DNA of 64,000 nucleotides, from positions 123,863 through 187,862 of IMG/VR virus record IMGVR_UViG_3300042090_002485; one strand, written 5' to 3'. This stretch comes from a virus. The notes below the pieces were generated by a model. The model was not told the DNA's origin. It did not search any database and saw nothing but the letters and a program-made list of their open reading frames with translations. Shown here one piece after another: positions 17,485 through 26,302 of the stretch (positions are counted from its first letter, which is position 1; each line of letters begins with the position of its first letter). A program made the translations under genes and the position numbers.

Positions 17485-19566
17485 ATGACCACCGACAAGT
17501 TCCCGCCGTTCGCGCGGATCGTAGCTGCGTCCTTCCAGGACATCGTCAAGGCCCCGCAGGCCTACATCACCAACATCGACGGCGACGAGCTGTACCGGCG
17601 TTACCTGGCCTCGTTCCCCGAGGGCACCAACCCCATCTTCAAGAAGGTGACCGAGCACGAGTGCTCGTGCTGCAGGCAGTTCATCCGCCGCGCCGGCAAC
17701 GTTGTCTCCATCGGCGACCGCGGCGTCGTTCGCACCATCTGGGACGAAGCCGAAGAGAAGGCGCCTCATCCGTACAACATCGTGGCTTCGTCACTTCGTG
17801 ACGCCGTGCTCAACGCCGAGATCTCGGACCTCTTCCGGGTCGGCGCGAAGGAAGCCGGCTTTGGCGCCGCCACCACGCGATCGATGAACGCCGATGGCCA
17901 AGCGCTGACCTGGAACCACCTCTACACGAACGAGATCCCGCCCGTGCTGCGCATCGCGTCGCCCGACCAGGCCCGCGGCGACTACCGGACAACCGTGCAG
18001 GTGTTCACGCGCGGTCTCGCCGAGCTGGTGCCGGCGGCGCTGGACACGGTCCTGTCGCTCATCGAGGCCAACAACCTGTACCGCGGCGCCGAGCACAAGA
18101 ACGCCGTCGTCGAGTTCATGAAGGCGCAGCGGGCGTTCTTGGCCTTGGCCGATAGCCCGCGCGCGCAGAACATCTTCGCGTGGACCCACGCAACCGGCCC
18201 GGCGTCGCGGTTCCGCAACACCGTGATCGGCACGCTCGTGCAGGACCTCAGCGAGGGGCGCGACGTCGAGAGCGCCGTCGCCAGCTTCGAGCAGAAGGTG
18301 GCGCCGACCAACTACAAGCGCACCACGGCGGTCATCACGCCCGCCATGGTGAAGAAGGCGATGGAGACCATCGAGACGTTGGGCCTCGAGCCCGCGCTCG
18401 AGCGTCGCTTCGCCACCATCGGCGACATCTCGGTCCGCGACGTGAAGTGGGTCGACGGCACGGTCAAGCCCGCCATGAAGGGCGGGATCGGCGACGTGCT
18501 CATGAAGGCTGCTGTTGTGAACAACAGCAAGCATGACGCGGAGCGCGCCGAGGACATCGGACTCGAGGCCTTTGTCGAGCGCGTGTTGCCGGAGGCGACC
18601 GGCGTCGAGGTCTTCCTCAAGGGCGAGCACCTCGGCAACCTGATGTCGCTGACGGCGCCCGTACACCCGGAGCCCAAGCAGCTGTTCCGCTGGAACAACG
18701 ACTTCGCATGGAGCTACGGCGGCAACGTCACCGACTCGATCGCCGAGCGCGTCAAGAAGGCCGGCGGCAAGGTCGAGGACGCGACCCTGCGTGTGTCCCT
18801 GTCGTGGTTCAACTACGATGACTTGGACTTGCACATCCACGAGCCAGCTGGGCGCGGCGTCGGCGGTCTGCGCGACCATATCTTCTATGGCAACAAGCGC
18901 GGCGCGAGCGGCGGCGCCCTCGACGTCGACATGAACGCCGGCGGCAACAGGCAGTCGCGCGAGCCCGTCGAGAACGTCGTCTGGATGGACAAGATGCCGA
19001 GCGGCGCCTACAAGGTTGTCGTCAACAACTACGTCAAGATCGAGTCCAGTGACGTCGGCTTCGTGATCGAGGTGGAGTGCGGCGGCAAGCTCTCGCACTA
19101 CTCCTACAACAAGGCGGTGCGCGACAAGCAGGACATCCACGTCGTCACCCTGCACATGACGGAAGGGCGCATCGAGAAGGTCGAAATGGGTGACCCGGCC
19201 ATCACGGCGTCGAACATCACCCAGACGAAGTGGGGGCTCACGACCGAGCAGTACGTGAAGGTCGACGCCGTCACGCTGTCGCCCAACTACTGGGGCGACA
19301 ACGCGATGGGCAACAAGCACACGTTCTTCGTCTTGCACGGCTGCAAGAACGACGAGCCCACGCGTGGCATCTACAACGAGTTCCTGCACCCGCGTCTCGA
19401 GGCCCACCGCAAGGTGTTCGAGATCATCGGCGACAAGACCAAGTGCCAGCCGACGGAGAACCAGCTCTCGGGGCTGGGCTTCTCGTCGACGAAGCGCGCG
19501 AGCGTCCTTGCGCGGGTCCAGCAGGGCAGCAAGCAGCGGCTGTTCAACATCCACGTCGGGACGTAG
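17485..19566 (+). CDS. large conserved phage protein with C-terminal YfaP/DUF2135-like domain
   Basis: 693 aa; HECSCCRQFIR N-terminal motif; SLSW...DLDLH...LDVD...ENVVW...G.YKVVVNNY. Confidence 0.8.
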   Translation: MTTDKFPPFARIVAASFQDIVKAPQAYITNIDGDELYRRYLASFPEGTNPIFKKVTEHECSCCRQFIRRAGNVVSIGDRGVVRTIWDEAEEKAPHPYNIVASSLRDAVLNAEISDLFRVGAKEAGFGAATTRSMNADGQALTWNHLYTNEIPPVLRIASPDQARGDYRTTVQVFTRGLAELVPAALDTVLSLIEANNLYRGAEHKNAVVEFMKAQRAFLALADSPRAQNIFAWTHATGPASRFRNTVIGTLVQDLSEGRDVESAVASFEQKVAPTNYKRTTAVITPAMVKKAMETIETLGLEPALERRFATIGDISVRDVKWVDGTVKPAMKGGIGDVLMKAAVVNNSKHDAERAEDIGLEAFVERVLPEATGVEVFLKGEHLGNLMSLTAPVHPEPKQLFRWNNDFAWSYGGNVTDSIAERVKKAGGKVEDATLRVSLSWFNYDDLDLHIHEPAGRGVGGLRDHIFYGNKRGASGGALDVDMNAGGNRQSREPVENVVWMDKMPSGAYKVVVNNYVKIESSDVGFVIEVECGGKLSHYSYNKAVRDKQDIHVVTLHMTEGRIEKVEMGDPAITASNITQTKWGLTTEQYVKVDAVTLSPNYWGDNAMGNKHTFFVLHGCKNDEPTRGIYNEFLHPRLEAHRKVFEIIGDKTKCQPTENQLSGLGFSSTKRASVLARVQQGSKQRLFNIHVGT

Positions 19567-19589
19567 TCGTGCGGGATTACCTTATTCTC

Positions 19590-20525
19590 ATGACGACGAC
19601 GACGACGACGCTCTCCATCCTCCGCCACGCTCGCTCGACCGGCGAGATCATCGCCGCAGTCGATCACCTCCTGCAGCTCGGCTACTCGCCGGACCGCGCC
19701 GCCAAGGCCGTGGCGCCGTACGTCCTGCTCGATCTCGCGCTGGTCGCGGTCCGCCGTCAGGTCGACGCGGCACTCGCCTCGCTGTCGCTTGCCGACCAGG
19801 AGGCCGCGGAGTCGGCGGCGGCCAGCCTGCGCGGCTACGGGCGCGGCGACCCGCGCCCCTACGAGTGGCAGTTGCTGCGCGCTGTGTGTATCCATGACGT
19901 CACCAGCGCCAACCTGGAGGCCGCGTGGGACGACCACGAGCACGAGGCCGGCGACGAGTCGCAGTGCGACTGCGCCAACGTCGATGATGCCATCGAGCAG
20001 GCGACCGCGACCGCCGCGGTGTGCGAGGCGACTGTCGACGCCGCTCGCGCGGCGCTCCGCGACAGCGACGAGATCCGACGCTACGAGATCCGTGACGACA
20101 ACGGTGCGTGGCACGTCGACTCGACGCCTGCCGATCTCGATGACGACGTGGCCGCGTCCGTCCGTGACGGCGACTGGGATGCAGAGGGCCGCTCGTGGAC
20201 GTGGCATGGCCGGTCGAGCTGCGCCGCGACCGGCGAAGAGCACACGCACTCGGTCGAGATCGCCGCGGAGGTCCCGGACTGCGTCGACGACGAGCACGAC
20301 TGGCAGAGCCCGCACTCGGTGCTCGGCGGTCTCCGGGAGAATCCCGGGGTGTGGGGCAAGGGCGGCGGCGTGATGATCCGCGAGGTCTGCGCGCACTGCG
20401 GGCGCTACCGGCTGATCGACACGTGGGCCGACGACGGCCGTGGCGGTCACGAGCGTCACGAGTCGTACGAGGACGCCGACGAGGATTCGCTCGCGTGGGT
20501 GCGCGAGCGCGCGGAGGCTGCCTAG
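19590..20525 (+). CDS. acidic hypothetical phage protein (apparent insert)
   Basis: 311 aa; HDWQSPH...GGLRENPGVWG...EVCAHCG; TACCTT 6 nt before ATG. Confidence 0.7.
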   Translation: MTTTTTTLSILRHARSTGEIIAAVDHLLQLGYSPDRAAKAVAPYVLLDLALVAVRRQVDAALASLSLADQEAAESAAASLRGYGRGDPRPYEWQLLRAVCIHDVTSANLEAAWDDHEHEAGDESQCDCANVDDAIEQATATAAVCEATVDAARAALRDSDEIRRYEIRDDNGAWHVDSTPADLDDDVAASVRDGDWDAEGRSWTWHGRSSCAATGEEHTHSVEIAAEVPDCVDDEHDWQSPHSVLGGLRENPGVWGKGGGVMIREVCAHCGRYRLIDTWADDGRGGHERHESYEDADEDSLAWVRERAEAA

Positions 20526-20615
20526 ATGCCGCGCGCGACCGCGAACTTGAAATCGAAGTAGCCCGCGAACGTTGCGCGGCTGCGTTCAACAACCTGCACT
20601 GAAAGAGAAACGACC

Positions 20616-21023
20616 ATGAACAACAACATCTTCGAGTACGCCACCCGTTCCAAGCTCCGCTTCGCCTCGCCGCGCGGGGAGCTGTCCGTCGAGCAGCTGT
20701 GGGACATCCCGCTCCGCTCCAAGGACGACTTCAACCTCAACACCCTCGCCAAGACCGCCAACAAGGCGCTCAAGGACATCACGGAGGAGAGCTTCGTCGA
20801 GTCGAAGAAGACCGCCGAGCACACGCGGCGCGAGATGGCCCTCGAGGTCGTCAAGTACATCATCGACATCAAGCTGACCGAGGAAAAGGCCGCTGAGACC
20901 CATGCGGCCCGGAAGCAAGAGAAGGAGAAGCTCCTCGAGATCCTCGCCGAGAAGCAGGCCGGCAAGCTCAGCGAGCTGTCGGAGAAGGAGCTGCAGCGCA
21001 AGATCGCGGCGCTGGAGGACTAG
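20616..21023 (+). CDS. conserved phage coiled-coil protein, recalled as usual partner of the 693-aa gene
   Basis: NIFEYATRSKLRF...LSVEQLWD...KYII...KLLEILAEKQ. Confidence 0.8.
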   Translation: MNNNIFEYATRSKLRFASPRGELSVEQLWDIPLRSKDDFNLNTLAKTANKALKDITEESFVESKKTAEHTRREMALEVVKYIIDIKLTEEKAAETHAARKQEKEKLLEILAEKQAGKLSELSEKELQRKIAALED

Positions 21024-21064
21024 CGCAAGAAGTTCTACGCGACCAAGGAACACAGGAGGAGAGC

Positions 21065-21328
21065 ATGACAAGTCCCGAAGACTTGAAGAAGACCGAGGCA
21101 CTGTTCTGGCAGGAACCGTTCGACGCAGAGGCTGTCACCAGCGCAATGGAAGTGCTGGACCCGCCTGCCTTGTTGTCATTGTTCAACGTGTTGGTCGACG
21201 CGGCCAAGGACAACACCGAGCAGCGCACACGACTCACCAAGGCAAACCAGGCGTTGGCGGCCTTGCCTCGATACAACGAGCTGATGCTGCGGCTGCACGA
21301 GTGGCGTAAAACGAGAGGCCGCCAGTAA
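21065..21328 (+). CDS. hypothetical protein
   Basis: AGGAGG SD, 87 aa. Confidence 0.7.
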   Translation: MTSPEDLKKTEALFWQEPFDAEAVTSAMEVLDPPALLSLFNVLVDAAKDNTEQRTRLTKANQALAALPRYNELMLRLHEWRKTRGRQ

Positions 21329-21329
21329 G

Positions 21330-21527
21330 ATGCTCAAGCGCATCAAGCAGGACTTCGACATCGTCCCGCGTAACGAGTACATGAGCGGGGGTCTCGCACG
21401 CGACTGGACGCCTCGATCAAACACGAGCGTCATCGTGCGTGTGTTGCCGGGCTACCGTGCGCATTTCGAGGCGGAGTTCGATGGACAGGGGAAGCTCCTG
21501 TCCATCGGACAGTGGGAAGAGCTGTGA
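21330..21527 (+). CDS. hypothetical protein
   Basis: 65 aa, coupled. Confidence 0.6.
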   Translation: MLKRIKQDFDIVPRNEYMSGGLARDWTPRSNTSVIVRVLPGYRAHFEAEFDGQGKLLSIGQWEEL

Positions 21528-22060
21528 CGCGCGAGACGGTTAAGCAGTGCAAGAGCTGCCCGTGGCGTGTCGATTGCGTGCCCGATCGTGACATCCCTAA
21601 CTACGTCAGGAGTCTCCACAAGGGTCTCGACGGCACCATCGCAGAGCCGGGAGACCTGCGCGGGTTGCGCGCGACCACGCTGCGCGTGATGGCCTGCCAC
21701 TACTCCAAGCCCAGCGAAGAATTCCCGTGCGCGGGCTGGTTGTACAACCAGCTCGGTCCCGGCAACAACATCGCGGTGCGGCTCCGTGTGATGACCGGCA
21801 AGATGCCGGCACCGGAAGTTGATGGGCCGCAACACGAAACTTTCGAGGAAACGTTATGCGCACCTTCGGATGGGCAGACGACCATGGAGTCGTGCACGAC
21901 GTCGTCCCTCGCTCGAGCGACCTTTGGGGCACCATCGTCTACCAGTTGCGCTGCCGCCCCACCCAAAACATCCGCTACCTGGCCTACACCGAAAACACGA
22001 CGACGTGCGTCCAGTGCATCGCCGACGCGGTCCGCGACGAGAAGGGGACGTAAGCCGTGA
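21524..22060 (+). CDS. DUF6283-like Cys/His protein with read-through tail
   Basis: CKSCPWR...MACH...CAGWL...N..VRL; tail overlaps next gene. Confidence 0.6.
   Translation: MTRETVKQCKSCPWRVDCVPDRDIPNYVRSLHKGLDGTIAEPGDLRGLRATTLRVMACHYSKPSEEFPCAGWLYNQLGPGNNIAVRLRVMTGKMPAPEVDGPQHETFEETLCAPSDGQTTMESCTTSSLARATFGAPSSTSCAAAPPKTSATWPTPKTRRRASSASPTRSATRRGRKP
21856..22053 (+). CDS. TCxxC-family small Zn-finger-like protein
   Basis: WADDHGVVH...RC...TTCVQCIA. Confidence 0.8.
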   Translation: MRTFGWADDHGVVHDVVPRSSDLWGTIVYQLRCRPTQNIRYLAYTENTTTCVQCIADAVRDEKGT

Positions 22061-22482
22061 AGACCGAGGGCTTCAAGGTCGGCGACGTCGTCTTCTACGA
22101 CGGGCGGCGCGCAAGGGTGACGACGGTACTCGCTGGTGAGTACGGTCAGCGCGTCGAGTTCCGTATTGACCAGGGCGGGGCCATCATCACGACAACGCCT
22201 GGCCTCGACCCAAGGTTCAGCGCAGAAGACACGTCGACGCCTGACTTCATTGTAGCCGACGGTCACCCGGCCATCGACAGCTATGGTGTCGTTCACGCGT
22301 GCCACGACAACCTGCGCGGGCATCCGCAGGCAGTGTCAATCTGCTCGTCGGTCAACGCCTTCCATCGGGTGATCCCATGCGAGAGTACAGTACTTACGTG
22401 CGTACGCTGCATCAACACCACCAAGGCCTGGACGGTGCCCATTTATGAACGAGCCTATGATCGGGACGTGGATCTGCTCTAA
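22057..22482 (+). CDS. TCxxC-family module fused to an SH3-like N-terminal domain
   Basis: FKVGDVVFYDGRRARV... then DSYGVVH..IC..LTCVRCI. Confidence 0.75.
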   Translation: MKTEGFKVGDVVFYDGRRARVTTVLAGEYGQRVEFRIDQGGAIITTTPGLDPRFSAEDTSTPDFIVADGHPAIDSYGVVHACHDNLRGHPQAVSICSSVNAFHRVIPCESTVLTCVRCINTTKAWTVPIYERAYDRDVDLL

Positions 22483-22657
22483 TGGACTTACACACAGTGT
22501 GGTGGTCGAGCAATCCTACGGGAACCGGCTCGAGACCTGTTGTGGCCTGAAGTTACCATGGCGAGCGGCTGACCACGTAGCGAAGCATATGGACAAACGT
22601 AGACTGGTGACGTGTGTGCTATGCGTCGGCTGTGATGACGACGACCATAACGACTAA
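22445..22657 (+). CDS. TCxxC-family small Zn-finger-like protein
   Basis: SNGLTH...CCG...VTCVLCV. Confidence 0.75.
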   Translation: MNEPMIGTWICSNGLTHSVVVEQSYGNRLETCCGLKLPWRAADHVAKHMDKRRLVTCVLCVGCDDDDHND

Positions 22658-22844
22658 ATGGGCACTCCGTGGTCCGCTGCAGGCCGTTCTTTTGGACGGC
22701 GTAATGCACTACGCGCTGTCGTCCGGGGTGTTAACCTGCGACACGTTTCCTATCGGACCTGAGTATCTCCACGAAGACAACGTACCGGACCAGGTTGCGA
22801 CCTGCGTGTGGTGCTGCGTTCACAAGACCAAGAGGACCCCATGA
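22635..22844 (+). CDS. TCxxC-family small Zn-finger-like protein
   Basis: LDGVMH...TC...ATCVWC. Confidence 0.75.
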   Translation: MTTTITTKWALRGPLQAVLLDGVMHYALSSGVLTCDTFPIGPEYLHEDNVPDQVATCVWCCVHKTKRTP

Positions 22845-23272
22845 AGCTTGCGCAAGCCCTGTATCACCTCTACTGCGACGACGCCGGTTGGAAGAACTTC
22901 CAAGGCAACAAGTGCCCGCAGTGGGACGAGCTGCCGGAGCCCATCCGCACCCACTGGACAGTGGTCGCGCAGATGTTCGAGAGCCTGACGTTCAACCGAC
23001 TCGTCGCGATGCGTGACCGTCCCGAGATGTTCGCGTGCACCTACGACGGGTTCCTCGGCCAGCTCGGCACGATCTTCGACTACGCGACGGTGTACCTCTC
23101 CCCTGGCACGCGCGACAAAGCGTCGCGCGAGCACATGATGAAGCTCGTGCACGACGGCCCGAGCGGCGTGATTCAGGCCAATGCGCGCTTTGGTGACGAC
23201 GAGGCCTCGCTCGAGTGGGCACGAGCCGCCGTCGACCAGACGAAGAAGCGCATCGAGGAGCTGACGGCATGA
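22841..23272 (+). CDS. hypothetical protein
   Basis: 143 aa, ATGA overlaps. Confidence 0.7.
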   Translation: MKLAQALYHLYCDDAGWKNFQGNKCPQWDELPEPIRTHWTVVAQMFESLTFNRLVAMRDRPEMFACTYDGFLGQLGTIFDYATVYLSPGTRDKASREHMMKLVHDGPSGVIQANARFGDDEASLEWARAAVDQTKKRIEELTA

Positions 23273-23577
23273 TCGTGGGCATGATCGAGGGCGTCGTCCA
23301 GGACGACATCGCCGAGCTGGAGGTGCCGGTCTTCCTGGCGTGGGACGCGCCTACCCTCGTCACCCACGCGGCAACGCTCTACCGCACGGGAAAGCCCTAC
23401 ATCTGGTGCTACGGCGAGGTCCAGGATATGAACGTCACCCTTGCACACCGTAACCCAGTGACGTGCGTGCTATGCCGCGCGCGCGGTCCGCGCGGAGTGT
23501 GGATTGCCACCGGGAGCAGGCACGGACGTGTCGAAATGCGTCGCGGTGCGCCCAGTATCACGCTGGATACGGAATGA
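23269..23577 (+). CDS. TCxxC-family small Zn-finger-like protein
   Basis: TLVTH...WC...VTCVLC. Confidence 0.75.
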   Translation: MIVGMIEGVVQDDIAELEVPVFLAWDAPTLVTHAATLYRTGKPYIWCYGEVQDMNVTLAHRNPVTCVLCRARGPRGVWIATGSRHGRVEMRRGAPSITLDTE

Positions 23578-23810
23578 CCGAGCGGGCGTACGTGAAGGCG
23601 CTCTCGCCGTACGACACGCTCACGCACCTAGCGGAGGAAACCTTGGGAACATGGCGAGGTGACATTGCGTCGGTCCTCCAGCTGCCGTGCCGCCCGGGGA
23701 CTACCGAAATTCTGCCCGCGTCGGTGTTCTTGGGTGAGGACGACGCGGTCGTGACGTGCGCGCTGTGCCTGGCCGCCATGGTTAACAACCCATCCAAGGA
23801 GCCGCCGTGA
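23574..23810 (+). CDS. TCxxC-family small Zn-finger-like protein
   Basis: DTLTH...PC...VTCALCLA. Confidence 0.8.
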   Translation: MTERAYVKALSPYDTLTHLAEETLGTWRGDIASVLQLPCRPGTTEILPASVFLGEDDAVVTCALCLAAMVNNPSKEPP

Positions 23811-24163
23811 GGGGCGCGCAGTTCGACGGCGACATTGCTACAGCGTCCGCCGAGAAGCTGCTCGAGGAGTTCGAGCGCCTCGAGGCCGAAGAGCGCGCGT
23901 TCATCACGGACAACCAGCACCACCTGCTGGCAGACATGGAGAACCCCTACGACGGCCTGCTCGAGCTGATCGGCAAAGCAAGCCAGGCGCGGTTTAAGTG
24001 CACAGTGCGCTTCCTGCGCGAAAACGGGGTCGTGCGCGCGTCGTGGACGCACGCGGGCGTCACTCACAACTACCTGGGCCGCGGTTGGTGCGCAGGCAAG
24101 GTGCGGCTCGACCGCCCGACGCAGCCAGTGACCTGCGTCGAGTGCTTGGCGAGGCATCCATGA
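23807..24163 (+). CDS. TCxxC-family module fused to an acidic helical N-terminus
   Basis: HAGVTH...WC...VTCVECLA. Confidence 0.75.
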   Translation: MRGAQFDGDIATASAEKLLEEFERLEAEERAFITDNQHHLLADMENPYDGLLELIGKASQARFKCTVRFLRENGVVRASWTHAGVTHNYLGRGWCAGKVRLDRPTQPVTCVECLARHP

Positions 24164-24735
24164 GCAAGCGCATGACCCGCCCGCCGCGCGTGGTCTACGC
24201 GACCAAGCGCGAGCGCAACATCCTCGACGAAGTCCGCGTGCGTCCGTCGTTTGGCGCCATCGTCAAGCGGGCACGCGAAATCGGTGACTGGAACTTCGTT
24301 GCGTTCAAGGGTCGCCCGGCCCTGCGGTGCAAAGAAACCGAGTTCGTGCTCGTTGGCGGGCATCCCGAGAACATCTGCGTGGTGTGGTGGGCTTGCCTCG
24401 ACTACCTCAACAACTTCGAGAGCATGGTGCGAGCGCTGTTCGGCAGCCGCTCACAGGCCGACGGCGCGCACGTGCTGTGGGGCGGCAGCCATGGCGAGGG
24501 GACGGAGACCCGCCGCATGGTCGCCCGCGCGGCGCTCGCGCTCGCTGCCGACAAGGTTCTGGGCCGCGCAGCGCCCGATGAGCGCATCGTCCTGGTCGAC
24601 ACCACAGGCATCACGCACGACATGATTTGGATGGAGGCGATCGGCTGCGACGAGGAGGTATACGTCAAGTGCCCCGAACGTGGCGCCGCGCCAACGTGCG
24701 CGCGATGCATCGCGGCTCGCGTAGTGTCGCCATGA
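24160..24735 (+). CDS. TCxxC-family module fused to a ~140-aa N-terminal domain
   Basis: DTTGITH...GC...PTCARCIA. Confidence 0.75.
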   Translation: MSKRMTRPPRVVYATKRERNILDEVRVRPSFGAIVKRAREIGDWNFVAFKGRPALRCKETEFVLVGGHPENICVVWWACLDYLNNFESMVRALFGSRSQADGAHVLWGGSHGEGTETRRMVARAALALAADKVLGRAAPDERIVLVDTTGITHDMIWMEAIGCDEEVYVKCPERGAAPTCARCIAARVVSP

Positions 24736-24902
24736 CGACGTGGACCGATGCGCATGGCGTCGTGCACATTTGCACGCAGTGGGTCGTCTCCAAGCGATGG
24801 ACCCTAACGTGCGACGTCGACATGTACGTGACCCCTGACAAAATCGCGAGGCCTCCGGTGTGTGTCCTGTGCCTCGCAACGTGGTTGGAAGGGCAATCAT
24901 GA
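24732..24902 (+). CDS. TCxxC-family small Zn-finger-like protein
   Basis: WTDAHGVVH...TC...PVCVLCLA. Confidence 0.8.
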   Translation: MTTWTDAHGVVHICTQWVVSKRWTLTCDVDMYVTPDKIARPPVCVLCLATWLEGQS

Positions 24903-25078
24903 CGTGGACCGACTTCAAAACGGGCATCACGCACGAGATGACCGAGAACGACGAACATGGCGTCTGGTTCACGTCGTTGTGCTGCGGCTGCGATGTACGA
25001 TGGCACTGGGCTGAAGCCCGCGGCACGCTCGTGACGTGCGTGGTGTGCATCGCGATCCTGATGAGGCGCACGTCATGA
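24899..25078 (+). CDS. TCxxC-family small Zn-finger-like protein
   Basis: MTWTDFKTGITHEM...CCGC...VTCVVCIA. Confidence 0.8.
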   Translation: MTWTDFKTGITHEMTENDEHGVWFTSLCCGCDVRWHWAEARGTLVTCVVCIAILMRRTS

Positions 25079-25266
25079 CGTGGACCGATCCCACCGGCAT
25101 CACCCACGAGATGGTACGCACAGCGAACTTCAAGACGACGTTCGGTTACGGCCTCAACTGCGAACCCGCGCTGTTGTTCGGCATGGGCGCGTCGAATTGG
25201 CCGACGCGTGTGGTGACGTGCGTGAAGTGCCGAGCGGCCGAGCCATGGCCGGGGCCGGGCCTATGA
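25075..25266 (+). CDS. TCxxC-family small Zn-finger-like protein
   Basis: MTWTDPTGITHEM...NC...VTCVKC. Confidence 0.8.
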   Translation: MTWTDPTGITHEMVRTANFKTTFGYGLNCEPALLFGMGASNWPTRVVTCVKCRAAEPWPGPGL

Positions 25267-25472
25267 CGTTGACCTGGCGCGACGCCGCGGGCGTTGTTCA
25301 CCGCGTCTATGACGTGACGGGCTGGATGTTTATGTGTCCCTATGACCTCCGAATATGTAGGTTCTTTGGGTGCGACGTCCTAACGACGATCAGCGACGAG
25401 GCAATTCGAGTCGACGGCGTGGTGACGTGCGTGGAGTGCTTGGCCGTGCTGGCCATCACAGGAAAGGAGTAA
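25263..25472 (+). CDS. TCxxC-family small Zn-finger-like protein
   Basis: WRDAAGVVH...C...VTCVECLA. Confidence 0.8.
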   Translation: MTLTWRDAAGVVHRVYDVTGWMFMCPYDLRICRFFGCDVLTTISDEAIRVDGVVTCVECLAVLAITGKE

Positions 25473-25473
25473 C

Positions 25474-25931
25474 CATGCTTATCCGGTTGTCACCCAAGGA
25501 ATGCGTAACTCATGAAACGTAAGAAGGTCACAGAGGCGTTCCAGTATTTGGACGTCGACTGGAATCGCACGTTCAAGCCGAAGTGGAGTGACTCGGCCGT
25601 CGAGTTGACCTTCTACAAAGGCAAGGTGCTCGTCAGCGTGCCGTACGGCACCGCGCGCGCGAAGGCACTCCAGGAGCAAACAGGGTTCGTCGTGGCGGGG
25701 TCCGCGTGGCTTCACGCCAAGGATATCGACGGCCTCATCAAGCTCCTGCGTGAAGGACGCCGCGTCTATATGCAGCACCAGCGAGATGCTCTCAAGGTCG
25801 CCAACTGCGATGACTGTCGCAAGATTTTCGGCGGTGTCTGCGATCGTCACCGACCGCTGTTCAAGAAGTACGGCAAGAAGAAATCTCCGCCACGGGGACT
25901 CCGATGACTGGGTGTCAACCGGATAAGCATG
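25474..25931. mobile_element. 458-bp non-autonomous mini-element with terminal inverted repeats and target-site duplication
   Basis: TIR CATGCTTATCCGGTTGTCACCCA (25474-25496) / TGGGTGTCAACCGGATAAGCATG (25909-25931), 22/23 match; direct repeat GGAGTAAC at 25466-25473 and 25932-25939. Confidence 0.8.
25512..25907 (+). CDS. passenger hypothetical protein of the mini-element
   Basis: 131 aa filling the interval between the TIRs; C-terminal CDDC...CDRH; no DDE transposase features. Confidence 0.75.
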   Translation: MKRKKVTEAFQYLDVDWNRTFKPKWSDSAVELTFYKGKVLVSVPYGTARAKALQEQTGFVVAGSAWLHAKDIDGLIKLLREGRRVYMQHQRDALKVANCDDCRKIFGGVCDRHRPLFKKYGKKKSPPRGLR

Positions 25932-25940
25932 GGAGTAACC

Positions 25941-26117
25941 ATGTTCCTGCCTGCTATGGAGGGCCGCTACGTCGACAACGACTACATCACGCACGTGTGC
26001 GTGCTGCAGACGATAGGTGTGCACCGATGGCGTACCCGCTGCAGTCTGACCCCAACGAACGCGCAGGTTGACCATATCCGAGTCACGGTCACCTGTGTGT
26101 TGTGCATCGCGCCGTGA
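25941..26117 (+). CDS. TCxxC-family small Zn-finger-like protein
   Basis: DYITH...RC...VTCVLCIA; GGAG SD lies in the duplicated target. Confidence 0.8.
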   Translation: MFLPAMEGRYVDNDYITHVCVLQTIGVHRWRTRCSLTPTNAQVDHIRVTVTCVLCIAP

Positions 26118-26302
26118 GCCGTCGCGATCGAGACCCGGTGTGGTCTGACGACAGCGGCATTGTGCATCGCCTCTACCCTGGGTCTTCATTACGCTTGCGC
26201 GTTGCTTGTAGCAGCTTCGACTACCAGAAACCCGACCGACGCGGGCGCTACGTGCGGCGGATCGTCACATGTGTCCGCTGCCTCGCGACGTTCGCGCGAT
26301 AA
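26114..26302 (+). CDS. TCxxC-family small Zn-finger-like protein
   Basis: WSDDSGIVH...AC...VTCVRCLA. Confidence 0.8.
   Translation: MSRRDRDPVWSDDSGIVHRLYPGSSLRLRVACSSFDYQKPDRRGRYVRRIVTCVRCLATFAR

Noticed and set aside
17791-20459. Long - strand ORFs (587 and 362 aa)
   Set aside because: Shadows of GC3-rich + strand genes; no motifs.
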